Positions 25,216 through 35,540 of a stretch of DNA of 54,950 nt are shown piece by piece (the first letter of the stretch is position 1; each line of letters starts with the position of its first letter). The DNA is from Candidatus Woesearchaeota archaeon (GTDB lineage: Archaea; Nanobdellota; Nanobdellia; Pacearchaeales; GW2011-AR1): NCBI GenBank assembly GCA_964493885.1, contig CAZBPV010000001.1, positions 1 through 54,950 on the forward strand, written 5' to 3'. The position numbers and the translations under genes were made by a program. The notes under the pieces were generated by a model. It did no database searches. It had not been told where the DNA came from and saw nothing but the letters and a program-made list of their open reading frames with translations.

Positions 25216-26061
25216 ATGGTGAAAAAAAAGAAAACTTCTAAACATAAGAAGAGAAAAGCTATTTCTGAGGAAGATATACCTACTTTAAAGATTAAAAAAG
25301 AATCAGAGATTGCAATGGACTTTGCTCTTAAGGTCTACAAGAAATTTGAGAAATCAATAAAATCTATTATTCTTTTTGGTTCAACTGTCAAGCAAACATC
25401 AGTTCCTGGTTCAGACATTGATGTAATAATTATAATTGATGATGTTTCAATTAAATGGGATGCTGAATTAGTTGCATGGTATCGAGAAGAACTTGATAAG
25501 ATTTTAAGAGCCAACCCTTATCAAAAAGGTTTGCATATTAATACAATAAAATTAAGCACTTGGTGGGAAGATTTGTTAAGAGGAGACCCAGTAGTAATAA
25601 ATGTTTTAAGATATGGAGAGACTCTTGTTGATTTAGGAGGGTTTTTTGAGCCTCTGAAATTCTTATTAATTCAGGGAAAGATAAAGCCAACTCCAGAAAC
25701 AGTCTACAATGCTCTTCAAAGGGCTCCATTACATCTTCAGAGAAGCAAGGCATCTGAATTAAATGCAATTGAAGGATTATACTGGTGCATGGTTGATTCT
25801 GCACAAGCAGCTCTTGTTGCTGCAAATGTCTCCCCCCCTTCTCCAGAACACATACCTGTGGATTTAAATCAAACTTTTATTTCATCTGGTATGCTTAATA
25901 AAAAATATGTTGAGTGGTTTAGAGAATTATTATTGCTCCATAAAAAGATTATCCACGGAGAAATAAATGATTTGAAAGGTGTTGAGATTGATGACTGGCA
26001 GGAAAGAACTCAGGAATTCTTAGATGTAATGATTGGCTTAGTAAAAGATATAGTTGGCTAG
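25216..26061 (+). CDS. Nucleotidyltransferase-domain protein
   Basis: LFGSTVKQTSVPGSDIDVIIIIDD (GS...D.D pol-beta-type NTase motif) plus a helical C-terminal domain similar to that of 37392-39167. Confidence 0.6.
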   Translation: MVKKKKTSKHKKRKAISEEDIPTLKIKKESEIAMDFALKVYKKFEKSIKSIILFGSTVKQTSVPGSDIDVIIIIDDVSIKWDAELVAWYREELDKILRANPYQKGLHINTIKLSTWWEDLLRGDPVVINVLRYGETLVDLGGFFEPLKFLLIQGKIKPTPETVYNALQRAPLHLQRSKASELNAIEGLYWCMVDSAQAALVAANVSPPSPEHIPVDLNQTFISSGMLNKKYVEWFRELLLLHKKIIHGEINDLKGVEIDDWQERTQEFLDVMIGLVKDIVG

Positions 26062-26090
26062 GCAAACTTAAAACTTTTCTTATTTTAGAA

Positions 26091-26642
26091 TTACTTCTTT
26101 TTAGGTTCTTTTTTTAACACCATTTCTTCTAATCTTCCACTTATTGCTTTAGCTCTTAATGCAAGTGCTTCAGCTACTTCTGAATCTAAAAATGCTGATG
26201 CATACATTCCAGTAAGTGTTTGAGCTTCTTTTTCATCTAAATCAGAAACATAAGTCTTAGCATACTTTTCTGAGACTTTCTTTTTTGAACCTAGTAATTT
26301 GACTATATCTTGAACAGTTATGTCTCCTAATGATTGATCCATTACACTTGAAGCTCTTTGTAGTAAATCATACTCTGAAAAACTTCCAGTGTATCTTTTT
26401 CTATCTTGTCTAGAATCCATTAGTGATTGAACCATAAAATCCTGAGCATATTCTGAGTGCAATGCAGGAAGATACTTGAAATCATGAACTGCTGAACTTC
26501 CAGCTTCTCCGTATTGTCCTGATATCTCAACTAAATGAGCTACAGACAAGCTTCTAAGAATTGGATCATTAAGATTATTCATTGCAAACTTTCTTTTATC
26601 TTCTCTTTCCTTTTTAGGAGGTGATTTTGTCATAATAAACAT
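26091..26642 (-). CDS. Hypothetical protein
   Basis: 183-aa ORF. No motif recognised. Confidence 0.4.
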   Translation of the reverse strand: MFIMTKSPPKKEREDKRKFAMNNLNDPILRSLSVAHLVEISGQYGEAGSSAVHDFKYLPALHSEYAQDFMVQSLMDSRQDRKRYTGSFSEYDLLQRASSVMDQSLGDITVQDIVKLLGSKKKVSEKYAKTYVSDLDEKEAQTLTGMYASAFLDSEVAEALALRAKAISGRLEEMVLKKEPKKK

Positions 26643-26698
26643 AACATATTAGGCTTTATAAATCTTTCTATTTGATGTATCTTAGAAGTAGTAACAGT

Positions 26699-27223
26699 TC
26701 AATGGTTCTCTTTATAGATAGTGCTTACCGTTATTGGGAGCTTTGATCTTATTTGTTTTATCACATGCCTTACTAATTGAGCTGCTTTAGGTGTCCCAAC
26801 TTCAAATTCAAATACAGGGCTACCTTTATCCACTATTGCAGCTTTTCCTATTGATTTTCCAAAGGATAACTGCATTCCTGTTTGCATTCTATCTGCACCT
26901 GCTCCAGTAAGCATTTTGTTTTCTCTTTGAATATGATGTGGAAAAGGAATAACTCTAAAATTATACTGCCCTGCAAGTGTTGTATCTAATTTCTTGTTTA
27001 CAAACTGCCTGCAAGCTTCTAAAGCAGCATCCCTGATTTGTCCTCTGTAATTTGCTACTAATGTAAATTTATATTTAAGATTTTTTATGTTTCCCATATG
27101 AAATTTTACTATCTTCTGGGGAGGAACTGTTTTTATGTATGATTTTCCTTTTAACTTGCTTATTCTTGTATATGGAACTACATGTTTTTTTGAGTATGCT
27201 GAAGCTTTTCTCATTGCTGCCAT
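26699..27223 (-). CDS. rpl10e: 50S ribosomal protein L10e (uL16)
   Basis: RKASAYSKK...YTR...GAGADRMQTGMQLSFGK is characteristic of L10e. Confidence 0.85.
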   Translation of the reverse strand: MAAMRKASAYSKKHVVPYTRISKLKGKSYIKTVPPQKIVKFHMGNIKNLKYKFTLVANYRGQIRDAALEACRQFVNKKLDTTLAGQYNFRVIPFPHHIQRENKMLTGAGADRMQTGMQLSFGKSIGKAAIVDKGSPVFEFEVGTPKAAQLVRHVIKQIRSKLPITVSTIYKENH

Positions 27224-27224
27224 T

Positions 27225-27497
27225 TTATTTTATCTCCACTTTTGTTGTAACTGCTTGCCCAGGAAGCCCTTTCTCAAATATAGCCCTCATAACTCCTTTG
27301 CCCCCGTGTGCATCTGCTATTTTTCCTTTGATTATCTTTCCAGCAGGTGATTTCCATTCAACACTTTTGCCAGCATATTTTTGAGCATCTTCTCTATTAT
27401 TAACACCCTCAACTTCTATTAGAAAGTGCCTTTCATGCACTGTTTTTAATCCTCTTCTGAATTGTATAACTTTGCCTGTTACCATAATTAGTATCAA
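27225..27497 (-). CDS. rpl35ae: 50S ribosomal protein L35Ae (eL33)
   Basis: GKSVEWKSPAGKIIKGKIADAHGGKGVMRAIFEKGLPGQA is L35Ae-like. The true start may be the Met at 27485. Confidence 0.8.
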   Translation of the reverse strand: MILIMVTGKVIQFRRGLKTVHERHFLIEVEGVNNREDAQKYAGKSVEWKSPAGKIIKGKIADAHGGKGVMRAIFEKGLPGQAVTTKVEIK

Positions 27498-27539
27498 TTA
27501 TTTTAGTTTTTAAAGGTTACTTATAATAAGAACAGAACT

Positions 27540-27995
27540 TTATTCTTCTGTTTTCTTGGATTTTTCCCTATGCTTATATCCTTCTTTAAGAATTATACTT
27601 TCTCCGATTTCTTTTATATCAGAGTATTTAATTGGAAATTTTTTGCCAATAAATCTGAAGTTTGAAATAATAAACTCTTCTACATGAGAATTTTTCATAA
27701 CAATATCCATAACCTTTCCAAGTTTTTTCCCTTCAGCTGTCAAGACATTAATCCCTTTGAATTTTGGAGCAGGAACTGTTTTCAAAAGAACTGCATCTTC
27801 TCCAAAATTTCTTACATTATTTATTCCAACATACAAGTCAGGCTTTGCAAACCCCATGTCAATTGTTATCCCAATAACTTTTCTATCACTATTATCTATA
27901 TGCACTTTTGTAACAACTCCTAAAATACTTCCATCAGGGTCTATTGCCTCTTTTCCTAGAATATCATCACTTGTTATTATTTCTTTTTTCCCCAT
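27540..27995 (-). CDS. PRC-barrel domain protein
   Basis: ILGKEAIDPDGSILGVVTKVHID and a second PRC-like half. Confidence 0.55.
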   Translation of the reverse strand: MGKKEIITSDDILGKEAIDPDGSILGVVTKVHIDNSDRKVIGITIDMGFAKPDLYVGINNVRNFGEDAVLLKTVPAPKFKGINVLTAEGKKLGKVMDIVMKNSHVEEFIISNFRFIGKKFPIKYSDIKEIGESIILKEGYKHREKSKKTEE

Positions 27996-28438
27996 GGTTC
28001 CTTAAGAATAATATTCTTTTTTGCAACAGCAATTAATTTTTTTGGGATAAAAACAGAGCTAAGGTAAAACGCTTTCTTAACTCTTAACTCCTCATAAGAG
28101 TTTGCAGTGCTTTTTCTTTTTAATTCAACTACTTTTCCTATTCTTTTTCCAGTTGAATCATAGACTTGTTTTCCAATTAAGTCAGTTACTGGGTCAATCT
28201 TAAGCATTATTGCATCAGCAGTATCTGACTTAAAGAATTCTTTACCAATAAAAACTCTGCTGTTTTTTTTGTATAAAACCCCAATCATGCAATCTTTTTT
28301 TATAATAATATCATAAACACTTCCAACTAATTCTCCTGTCTTTGAATAAACTCTTTTTCCAATATAAGAACTAAATTTTCCTGTTCCCTCAAGTTTTTTT
28401 GTTCTGCTTGACAAAACCTCTATTTTTCTTTCAAACAT
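27977..28438 (-). CDS. PRC-barrel domain protein (paralog)
   Basis: YIGKRVYSKTGELVGSVYDIII and LIGKQVYDSTGKRIGKVVEL. Confidence 0.55.
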   Translation of the reverse strand: MFERKIEVLSSRTKKLEGTGKFSSYIGKRVYSKTGELVGSVYDIIIKKDCMIGVLYKKNSRVFIGKEFFKSDTADAIMLKIDPVTDLIGKQVYDSTGKRIGKVVELKRKSTANSYEELRVKKAFYLSSVFIPKKLIAVAKKNIILKEPWGKKK

Positions 28439-28463
28439 TTTACCCTTCTATTAGATTATGATT

Positions 28464-29087
28464 TTATAGTATATAAAAATATGCTATAGTTATTATAATA
28501 AATTTAAGCAATGCTCCGAGGATAAATGAAAGATAAAATTTAATCTTATTATATTTAAAAACACCTAAGATTGCTGACAATGGCTGTGCTGGAAGAGGAA
28601 GCAGATTAAATAAAAACACAGTTAGCATACCATACTTATTTACTGAAACTTTAATTTTATAGAATTTTCTTGGAGTTATTAATTTTTTTGACAGCTCTGA
28701 AAACACACTCCCTATTTTATAATTTATAGTATATCCAATAATTAGTCCAATCATATAAATTAAAATAAGCAGAATTGCTGGAATTCCTGCTTTTAATGAT
28801 GCAAGGAATGTCAGTTCTATTGGAACTGGTATGAAAAACAACCCTCCAATTGCAGTTGTGTAAAATGCTCCCAAATAACTACCTGTATTAGCAAGGTTGC
28901 TTGTTATATGTAATATCACAGCATTTATTGTATTAACAAAGAAATTGTCCATCTTGCTCAAAAAGAAATAATAATATCCACAAAATCCAGCAATCAAAAT
29001 AATTGCCAGGCATAGATAAATGATAAATCTTATTTTCTTGCCATAATTGTATTCGAAGATGCTGTTACTGTTGAATTGGTTTGTCAT
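28464..29087 (-). CDS. DedA/VTT-like membrane protein
   Basis: Multi-TM protein with GGLFFIPVPIE and NLLPLPAQPLSAILG, resembling VTT-domain re-entrant loops. Confidence 0.45.
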   Translation of the reverse strand: MTNQFNSNSIFEYNYGKKIRFIIYLCLAIILIAGFCGYYYFFLSKMDNFFVNTINAVILHITSNLANTGSYLGAFYTTAIGGLFFIPVPIELTFLASLKAGIPAILLILIYMIGLIIGYTINYKIGSVFSELSKKLITPRKFYKIKVSVNKYGMLTVFLFNLLPLPAQPLSAILGVFKYNKIKFYLSFILGALLKFIIITIAYFYIL

Positions 29088-29800
29088 CTCAGCCTCTTTA
29101 TTAATTCTATTAATGCTTTTTTTCTATCTTTAGGAGTATTTTTTCCTTCAAGTATCTTTCTGAACTTTATTGCATAAATCCAGTTCTTTTTCTCCATAGG
29201 ATATCTCTCTTTATTTCTAAACTTTTCTAATTTATCCAGATTACTATCAAGATATGCTCCAAGATATTCATTTATTCCTTCATCATAATGCCAAAGCTTT
29301 TTCTTTATTTCTTGGAATTGAATTTTATTTTTGTCCAGAAGAATATGTATCCATTCATGTCTTAATCCATATTTCATTAGCCAATTATACCATTTTTTTA
29401 TTTTAGTCTTGGTGATAAGAGCAACTCTCTCAGTTTTCTTTAGTTTGTCAATAATTCTTTTATGATACCTTAACATTTCTTGCTTAATCTCTTCATTTGG
29501 AATCTTTTTAATTAAAATTAGTTCTTTTTCCATGTCTTTCCTGCTTGCAACACTTCCGCCTACTCTCCTTAAACAACTCTTGAAATCTTTAGAGGAAATA
29601 AACTTGTTAATGTTCTTTATTTTATCATCTTTTGTCTTGCCATACCTCCAATAAATTGAATCTGGACAATCTCCAATGTATTCAGATAAAATCTCCTCTC
29701 TTGGAGAAATCCATAAATATTGAAACCACTCTTTTTGGTATCTTAAATCAAAATCCCCAGCAAGTTTTTTTATTTGTGATTTAATGCCTCGTATTTTCAT
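29084..29800 (-). CDS. Hypothetical protein with HExxH motif (putative metallopeptidase)
   Basis: The only recognisable motif is LRHEWIHILL. ATGA overlaps on both sides. Confidence 0.4.
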   Translation of the reverse strand: MKIRGIKSQIKKLAGDFDLRYQKEWFQYLWISPREEILSEYIGDCPDSIYWRYGKTKDDKIKNINKFISSKDFKSCLRRVGGSVASRKDMEKELILIKKIPNEEIKQEMLRYHKRIIDKLKKTERVALITKTKIKKWYNWLMKYGLRHEWIHILLDKNKIQFQEIKKKLWHYDEGINEYLGAYLDSNLDKLEKFRNKERYPMEKKNWIYAIKFRKILEGKNTPKDRKKALIELIKRLR

Positions 29801-30999
29801 TTCAGCCTTTTCTCCTTAATCATTAGATAGATTATAATTGCAGGAATCATCACCAATGCAGATATAAAAATAGTATACCTTGCCCCTATTTTATCAACTA
29901 AAATTCCTGCTAGTGGCAATGAAATAATTGTAGCTATAGATAATATCAATCCCTCAATACTCCCTATCGTTGCCCTTAGCTTTGACGGGATAAACCTGTG
30001 GAAGTAGACTCTCTCTGCAGGTCTTTTTGCAAAATAGAAAAACAATGCACCAAGCATAACTGCTACTGCAAGTATCAAGTTAAATGCAAAGAGGATAAGT
30101 GAAGTAATAAGGGCGCATAAAACCATTCCAAGAATAATGAAATTCCTTTCTTTTCCTTTTTTTAATAATTTGGTTGCTAGCAGAGGAGATACCATAATTA
30201 CAACCGCTATCATACTCCATAAATATCCAAAAGCATAGTCAGGCATACCTAAACTTTGTAATAATGGAATCCAGCTAATATTTGCCTGTAAGTTCAATGA
30301 AAATAATGCTACAAATCCTGCTAATAAAAAGTAAAATAGTACATGATGTTTGTAACTATAATTTGCAGACCTTTTTGTTTGATTAATTAATTCTTTAAAT
30401 GCCTCTTTTATTTTTACCTTTCTTTTTATGTACCCTTCTTTAGCAAATGTGAGAATTAAGAACGAAGCTAAAAATGAAGCAGCTGCGACTGGCCAGATAA
30501 CCGAAACCCCAATTCTAGCTACAAGAAAAGCTCCAAATAATCCAGAGACAATTAACCCAAAACTATCAAATGCCTGAGCTTTTGTGAAATAATTGTGCAT
30601 AAGACTCTTATCTTCTTTTTTTATTAAATCAGCAATCCATGCTTCCTTGCTGCCAGAAGAGAAAGTTGACGCAAACCCTAGAAATGCAAAAGCAGCAAGC
30701 ATAAGATAATAGTTATTAAAAAAGAAAAGTGATAAAAAAGCAACCCCCTCCAGGAAATATCCAATTAAAACAGAAAATTTCCTTCCATATAAATCAGCAA
30801 TAGCTCCTGTTGGAATTTCAAAAAGTAATGAAACTAAAGGCATGATTGCAAATAGCAATCCTATTTGAAAGTAGCTTAGTGCCAAGTAATTAAAATAAAC
30901 CACAAAAAATGCTGGAGCAAAAAACAGCATCGGAGATAAAATAGAATCTAAGTAAAACGGCCACAGCAATTTTAATTCGTCTTTTTTAAAAAATGTCAT
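29797..30999 (-). CDS. MFS transporter
   Basis: About 12 TM segments and EIPTGAIADLYGRKFSVLIG (MFS loop 2-3 motif). Paralog of 47332-48531. Confidence 0.7.
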   Translation of the reverse strand: MTFFKKDELKLLWPFYLDSILSPMLFFAPAFFVVYFNYLALSYFQIGLLFAIMPLVSLLFEIPTGAIADLYGRKFSVLIGYFLEGVAFLSLFFFNNYYLMLAAFAFLGFASTFSSGSKEAWIADLIKKEDKSLMHNYFTKAQAFDSFGLIVSGLFGAFLVARIGVSVIWPVAAASFLASFLILTFAKEGYIKRKVKIKEAFKELINQTKRSANYSYKHHVLFYFLLAGFVALFSLNLQANISWIPLLQSLGMPDYAFGYLWSMIAVVIMVSPLLATKLLKKGKERNFIILGMVLCALITSLILFAFNLILAVAVMLGALFFYFAKRPAERVYFHRFIPSKLRATIGSIEGLILSIATIISLPLAGILVDKIGARYTIFISALVMIPAIIIYLMIKEKRLK

Positions 31000-31439
31000 C
31001 TCAGGCTCTTCTCAAACATTAAATTCTTTTTATTTGTTTTAATTAACTTAAATTTATTGTTCTTTAATACTTTTATAGATGCAAGGTTGCTTTTGTTTGG
31101 GCTTGCTCTTATTGTTTTTATTCCTAAATCTTTGGGGATTTTTTTTAAAATTTGTCTTACAGCTATTGTAGCAACTCCCTTTTTTCTGTATTTTGGAAGT
31201 ATGTAATATCCAATCTCATCATGATGATTGTATTTGAATGCTCCAATCGAACCAGCGAATTTATTATCAACTAATATTGCAAATTTATATTGTGATTTTC
31301 TTTTTAAGATTTTTTCAATTTCAAATCTAATATAGCCCCAAATGCTCTTTTCAAGCTCAATGGATGTTTTAGGATTAAACTTAAGTTTCATCATCCTTAA
31401 ACCATCTATAATATTAAATTTTCTTAATTTTACTTTCAT
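30996..31439 (-). CDS. GNAT family N-acetyltransferase
   Basis: YRKKGVATIAVRQIL motif. Confidence 0.6.
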   Translation of the reverse strand: MKVKLRKFNIIDGLRMMKLKFNPKTSIELEKSIWGYIRFEIEKILKRKSQYKFAILVDNKFAGSIGAFKYNHHDEIGYYILPKYRKKGVATIAVRQILKKIPKDLGIKTIRASPNKSNLASIKVLKNNKFKLIKTNKKNLMFEKSLR

Positions 31440-32191
31440 CCCAGGCTCTTCAAACTATTGTTTATTATACAAACATAATGGTGAATCTCTTTTTTATAAT
31501 TATACTTTATGTACTTAATCCGACAAAGCTCAAGCCATCGCAAGGTAATTATTGCAACAACAATTTTTGCTTTAATCAATTTTTTATCATTTTGTTTGTT
31601 ATCATTTAAGAAAAAATTAGCATAGTCCAGTATTGAAGGTCCATAAAACGATTTGCCGAAATCCACAATATACTCTCCATTCTTTCCCAAAATCTGATCC
31701 TTCCCCCAATCCCCATGAACAATTGAATAATCAGAATTAAAAATTTCAGAAAAATCTACCTTTAACTGAGCTTTTGTTTGTTTTCCAAAATCTCCCAAAT
31801 ATTTCTTAACCTCGAGAAAATCTCCATAAAATGCCTCAAAATTATATGTTTTAAATAAATTAGACTTTACCTTTTTTGTTTCTTTGTGAAATTTCTTGAT
31901 AATCTTAAGTGCAGTTTTAGAATTTACTTTCTTCTTGCTGCCAATATAATCCATTAAAAAAGAAACCTTTCCTTTTGATTTTTTAACCCAATAAATTTTA
32001 GGGATCTTTATTGTCCTGCACTTTTTGCTCAAAAGTTTCTGTTTCTTAACTTCATTAGCAAAATCTGAATGAATTGTCTTGAGCACAAATCTTTTACCAT
32101 CAATTTCAACAAGTTCCACATTTGAAAGTGGCCATTCATGAAGTGTTTTAATAATTTTCATCGCGTCCTCTTTTCTCTTTATATTAACCAT
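31436..32191 (-). CDS. Aminoglycoside-phosphotransferase/protein-kinase-like fold protein
   Basis: IVHGDWGKDQIL (catalytic loop-like) and VDFGKSFYGPSILDYANF (DFG-like). Confidence 0.55.
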   Translation of the reverse strand: MVNIKRKEDAMKIIKTLHEWPLSNVELVEIDGKRFVLKTIHSDFANEVKKQKLLSKKCRTIKIPKIYWVKKSKGKVSFLMDYIGSKKKVNSKTALKIIKKFHKETKKVKSNLFKTYNFEAFYGDFLEVKKYLGDFGKQTKAQLKVDFSEIFNSDYSIVHGDWGKDQILGKNGEYIVDFGKSFYGPSILDYANFFLNDNKQNDKKLIKAKIVVAIITLRWLELCRIKYIKYNYKKEIHHYVCIINNSLKSLG

Positions 32192-32290
32192 CTTAAGATT
32201 TTAAATTTAACTAAAACTTTTATAGGCTTAGCGATTAAGGCATAGAATCAATATATAAAAAGGGACTGCACAAATTAAAGAATAATCCTA

Positions 32291-33829
32291 CTATCTAGGA
32301 TAATAACTTCTACTTCCTCTTTGCTCTTCTTTCTGTTTTCTTTTCTCTTTAACTGGAACAGATCCATTATAAATTCCTTTTGCACGAACTATCCCTGTTT
32401 CTGAAAAACCAAGTTCTCTTGCTTTATACCCGAATGAACCTTTTTTACAATCAGTAATCTCTCCAATCATATCATAAACTCTCTGAGCAAGATATTCTCC
32501 AACTTTTGGGTAATTCACTAAACTAAATCGTTCTCTTTCCCCTTCATTAAAATATTTAATCACTTCTTTGTCAGATAATCCTTGAACTCTTGCTAAATGC
32601 ACTTCAACACTAACAGGTTCCACTAAACTTCTAAAATATTCCTTGTTTGGCATATCTAAATCTTCTAAAAGAGATTTGTAATGTTTAACAGCTAATCTTT
32701 CTGGACTCAATTTCTCCAATTTTCTTCTTATATCTTGTCTTAAAACTTCTTTTTGTTCTTCTCCTAAATGTTGCATAACTTCTTCTTTTAGAATAGAGTA
32801 ATCAGAGTTTTCTCTTGCTTGGTTAAATAAATATGATGCTTTATTCCCATCTATATTTCTAAAATCCGGAGTTAATTCTGGGAAAATGTCCATCGCCCTT
32901 TTAGCTCCCTCATATCCTTGAGCATGATTCTCAGAAGACAAATCTTTTGATTCTAAAAAATCTTTAATAAATCCATTCCAATAAGAATTAATGACTAACG
33001 GAATAGCAGGTTCGGAAAATCGAGCATACCAAAAAGGAGTGTTTATTATTGCTTTGCTGTCCATTGCGGGATTATATTCTCTTAATTTGAATGAACTTGA
33101 TTTTGATTGTTTTGATAATTCTTTTTGAAGATAATCAAAACCTCTTCTAACATTTTCTAATACATATTCTTTAGATTCCTCTGAAGAAAAATCTTTTTCA
33201 TACCATTGTCCAATTCTCATCCCTATTTCTTTTTTTACTTTTTCTGCAAAAGGATCTCTTAATGCAAAATCACTAAAAAATATAATTTCTTCAAGGTCAT
33301 TTCTTTTAGCTACTCTTTTATCCTTCCTTTTAACATGAGATCTTGAGAAAAAATTAATTATAGAATCAAGAGTGGGAAATGCAAAATACGTAAATCCTTT
33401 TTCATCTGTTCTTAGCTTTGACCCTTCATATCCTCTGTTATATATCGGAGGGATACCCTCTCTTTTCAAGGTTCTTGCTCTTTTAATACTTAATAATAGT
33501 CTGCCAGGAGTGGTTCTTGGATTATCTAAATGTGCCTCAGCAACCAATTTGTCATCTTCAGAGTCAAGAACATATTTTGCATCAGTTCTATCATCGGCAT
33601 ATAAATAATCTGAAAAATCTCTAATAAGTAATCCAGATAATTTTTTCATAGCAACAGCTTGTTTTTTAAATTTTTCATAATTCTCAGGTTTAATGTAATA
33701 TGTTCTTCCATTTTTTTCAAAGCTAAAAAATTTCTGACCGTATAGTTTGGATTCAAAATCATCTATTACAGTAGGAACTATTTTTATTGCTTCTTGTTCA
33801 GTTCGGTTTTCAAGTGTTTGGTCTATCAT
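32291..33829 (-). CDS. Hypothetical 512-aa protein
   Basis: Long ORF. No motif recognised. Confidence 0.5.
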   Translation of the reverse strand: MIDQTLENRTEQEAIKIVPTVIDDFESKLYGQKFFSFEKNGRTYYIKPENYEKFKKQAVAMKKLSGLLIRDFSDYLYADDRTDAKYVLDSEDDKLVAEAHLDNPRTTPGRLLLSIKRARTLKREGIPPIYNRGYEGSKLRTDEKGFTYFAFPTLDSIINFFSRSHVKRKDKRVAKRNDLEEIIFFSDFALRDPFAEKVKKEIGMRIGQWYEKDFSSEESKEYVLENVRRGFDYLQKELSKQSKSSSFKLREYNPAMDSKAIINTPFWYARFSEPAIPLVINSYWNGFIKDFLESKDLSSENHAQGYEGAKRAMDIFPELTPDFRNIDGNKASYLFNQARENSDYSILKEEVMQHLGEEQKEVLRQDIRRKLEKLSPERLAVKHYKSLLEDLDMPNKEYFRSLVEPVSVEVHLARVQGLSDKEVIKYFNEGERERFSLVNYPKVGEYLAQRVYDMIGEITDCKKGSFGYKARELGFSETGIVRAKGIYNGSVPVKEKRKQKEEQRGSRSYYPR

Positions 33830-33895
33830 TTTATTTATTTAGATTAAACTATTTATAAATCTTCCTAATTGTCACTACTTAAAAGAAACAATTAA

Positions 33896-34960
33896 TTATT
33901 CCAATACAACAATCTCTCTTCCTACAATCTGGTTTTCTCTGAATTCCGGGATTCTATGGGCAATTCTTAGATTAGTCTTTCTGCTTATTTTCTCTATATT
34001 ACACGAGACTCTTTGATTAATTGTTCTTATATAAGGAACACTAAAAACAAATCTTCCAGAGATTTTTTTCTTGAGATTATTAATTACAGAAACCATCAGG
34101 TTTTCAAAGTTTTCAGCAGTTTCCCTTGCCTTTTCTTTTGTAGGAATCTTTTTTAAAAGCTCTCCAAAATCTGGCTCAGAAACCATCACCTCTGCAAAAT
34201 CAATCCTAGCTCTTTTGGAATCATCATTAATTAAATGGTAATCTTTTTTATCAAATTTTGCCCAGTCTAAATTTCTTTTTGCACCTTCAATTGCATTTGA
34301 ATCTTTATCTATCCCAATAACTGGAATTCCTTGCAATAATGCTTCAGAAAGAATTGCTCCAATTCCGCAAAAACCATCTACAAGTTTTCCTTTCCTGATT
34401 TCTGATAAATTAATCATTATCTTTGCTAATCTTGGGGATATAGATAATGCACTTCTCCTGACTGGCTTTTCCATATCCCTTTTCTCAATCTTTTCATAAT
34501 CACAAACCTGTATTATCCTTCCAAAATAATCATCAAATGTAAAAAACTGTTCATCAAGATTTCGTGTTGAGAGGGTGGATGCAGTTTTTCCGTTTTGCAA
34601 TTCCATCATCCTTCCAAGTCTCTTCTCAGTTGCTTTTAATTTCTCATGCTTGAATCTTCTTTTAAGATACTCTCTTACCTTATCAGTCTTGTCAGAAAAA
34701 TCCCATATAACATAATTCATTTTATTGCTTGTTCCAAAATATAATTCTTCCTTATCCATATCTGGGATAATGCTCCCAAGTGCAATAACCCCCCCAAGAT
34801 TATCTATTATTTTGTCTTCTATTGGCTTTTCAATCTCAACAAGAATAGCATTTTCTTTTTGTTTGTAACCTATAACTTTATTTCCAATCCTTTTAAGAAA
34901 ACTATTAACTTCTGCAATAGATAATTCAATGTTTCTTCCTAGTATGAATAAGTATTTCAT
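33896..34960 (-). CDS. Trm11/Trm14-like RNA methyltransferase (degenerate motif IV)
   Basis: SAM motif LVDGFCGIGAILSEALLQG..IGIDKD. Motif IV reads SEPDFG instead of DPPYG. Confidence 0.5.
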   Translation of the reverse strand: MKYLFILGRNIELSIAEVNSFLKRIGNKVIGYKQKENAILVEIEKPIEDKIIDNLGGVIALGSIIPDMDKEELYFGTSNKMNYVIWDFSDKTDKVREYLKRRFKHEKLKATEKRLGRMMELQNGKTASTLSTRNLDEQFFTFDDYFGRIIQVCDYEKIEKRDMEKPVRRSALSISPRLAKIMINLSEIRKGKLVDGFCGIGAILSEALLQGIPVIGIDKDSNAIEGAKRNLDWAKFDKKDYHLINDDSKRARIDFAEVMVSEPDFGELLKKIPTKEKARETAENFENLMVSVINNLKKKISGRFVFSVPYIRTINQRVSCNIEKISRKTNLRIAHRIPEFRENQIVGREIVVLE

Positions 34961-35490
34961 TTTATTTCTTTAAGAATATATTTCTCAATAAAGTATTTTG
35001 AAGTTTTTGTAATCTTTTCTGGCTGAGACAATAATTTTTTTAATTCATTAATCCCAAAATACTTTATCTCTTCAATCTCTTCTTTATCTATTTTAAATTT
35101 ATTTATTGGAATCTCTTTTTTAATTAAAAATATTTTGACAAATCTATAATTTTTTCCTTTATGCGAAGTTATTTCTATTATTTCTTTTGCAATCTCATTA
35201 AGTTCTGTTTTATTAATCTTAATCCCCAACTCTTCTTCAAACTCTCTTGCTGCCGCTTCTCCATAATTTTGTTCAGCAGGAAAATGCCCTGAACTTGAGG
35301 TATCCCACAAATGATTATCTTCTCTTTTGTGCAATAGCAATTGATTCTTTGAATTAATAAGATAGTTAATTACCTCTCTATGCAATGAACCTTCTTCATG
35401 AGCTTTTTTTCTTGTAGTCTTGCCTATAATCTCATCTTTTTTATTTACTACTGCAATTCTCTCATCTGGATTATGAGGTATTTTTCCCAT
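34957..35490 (-). CDS. NUDIX hydrolase
   Basis: Nudix box GHFPAEQNYGEAAAREFEEELGI. Confidence 0.75.
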   Translation of the reverse strand: MGKIPHNPDERIAVVNKKDEIIGKTTRKKAHEEGSLHREVINYLINSKNQLLLHKREDNHLWDTSSSGHFPAEQNYGEAAAREFEEELGIKINKTELNEIAKEIIEITSHKGKNYRFVKIFLIKKEIPINKFKIDKEEIEEIKYFGINELKKLLSQPEKITKTSKYFIEKYILKEIK

Positions 35491-35540
35491 ATTAGTATTA
35501 TCTGCATTGAATTTATAAACTTATCAAACTTATTTGAAAT

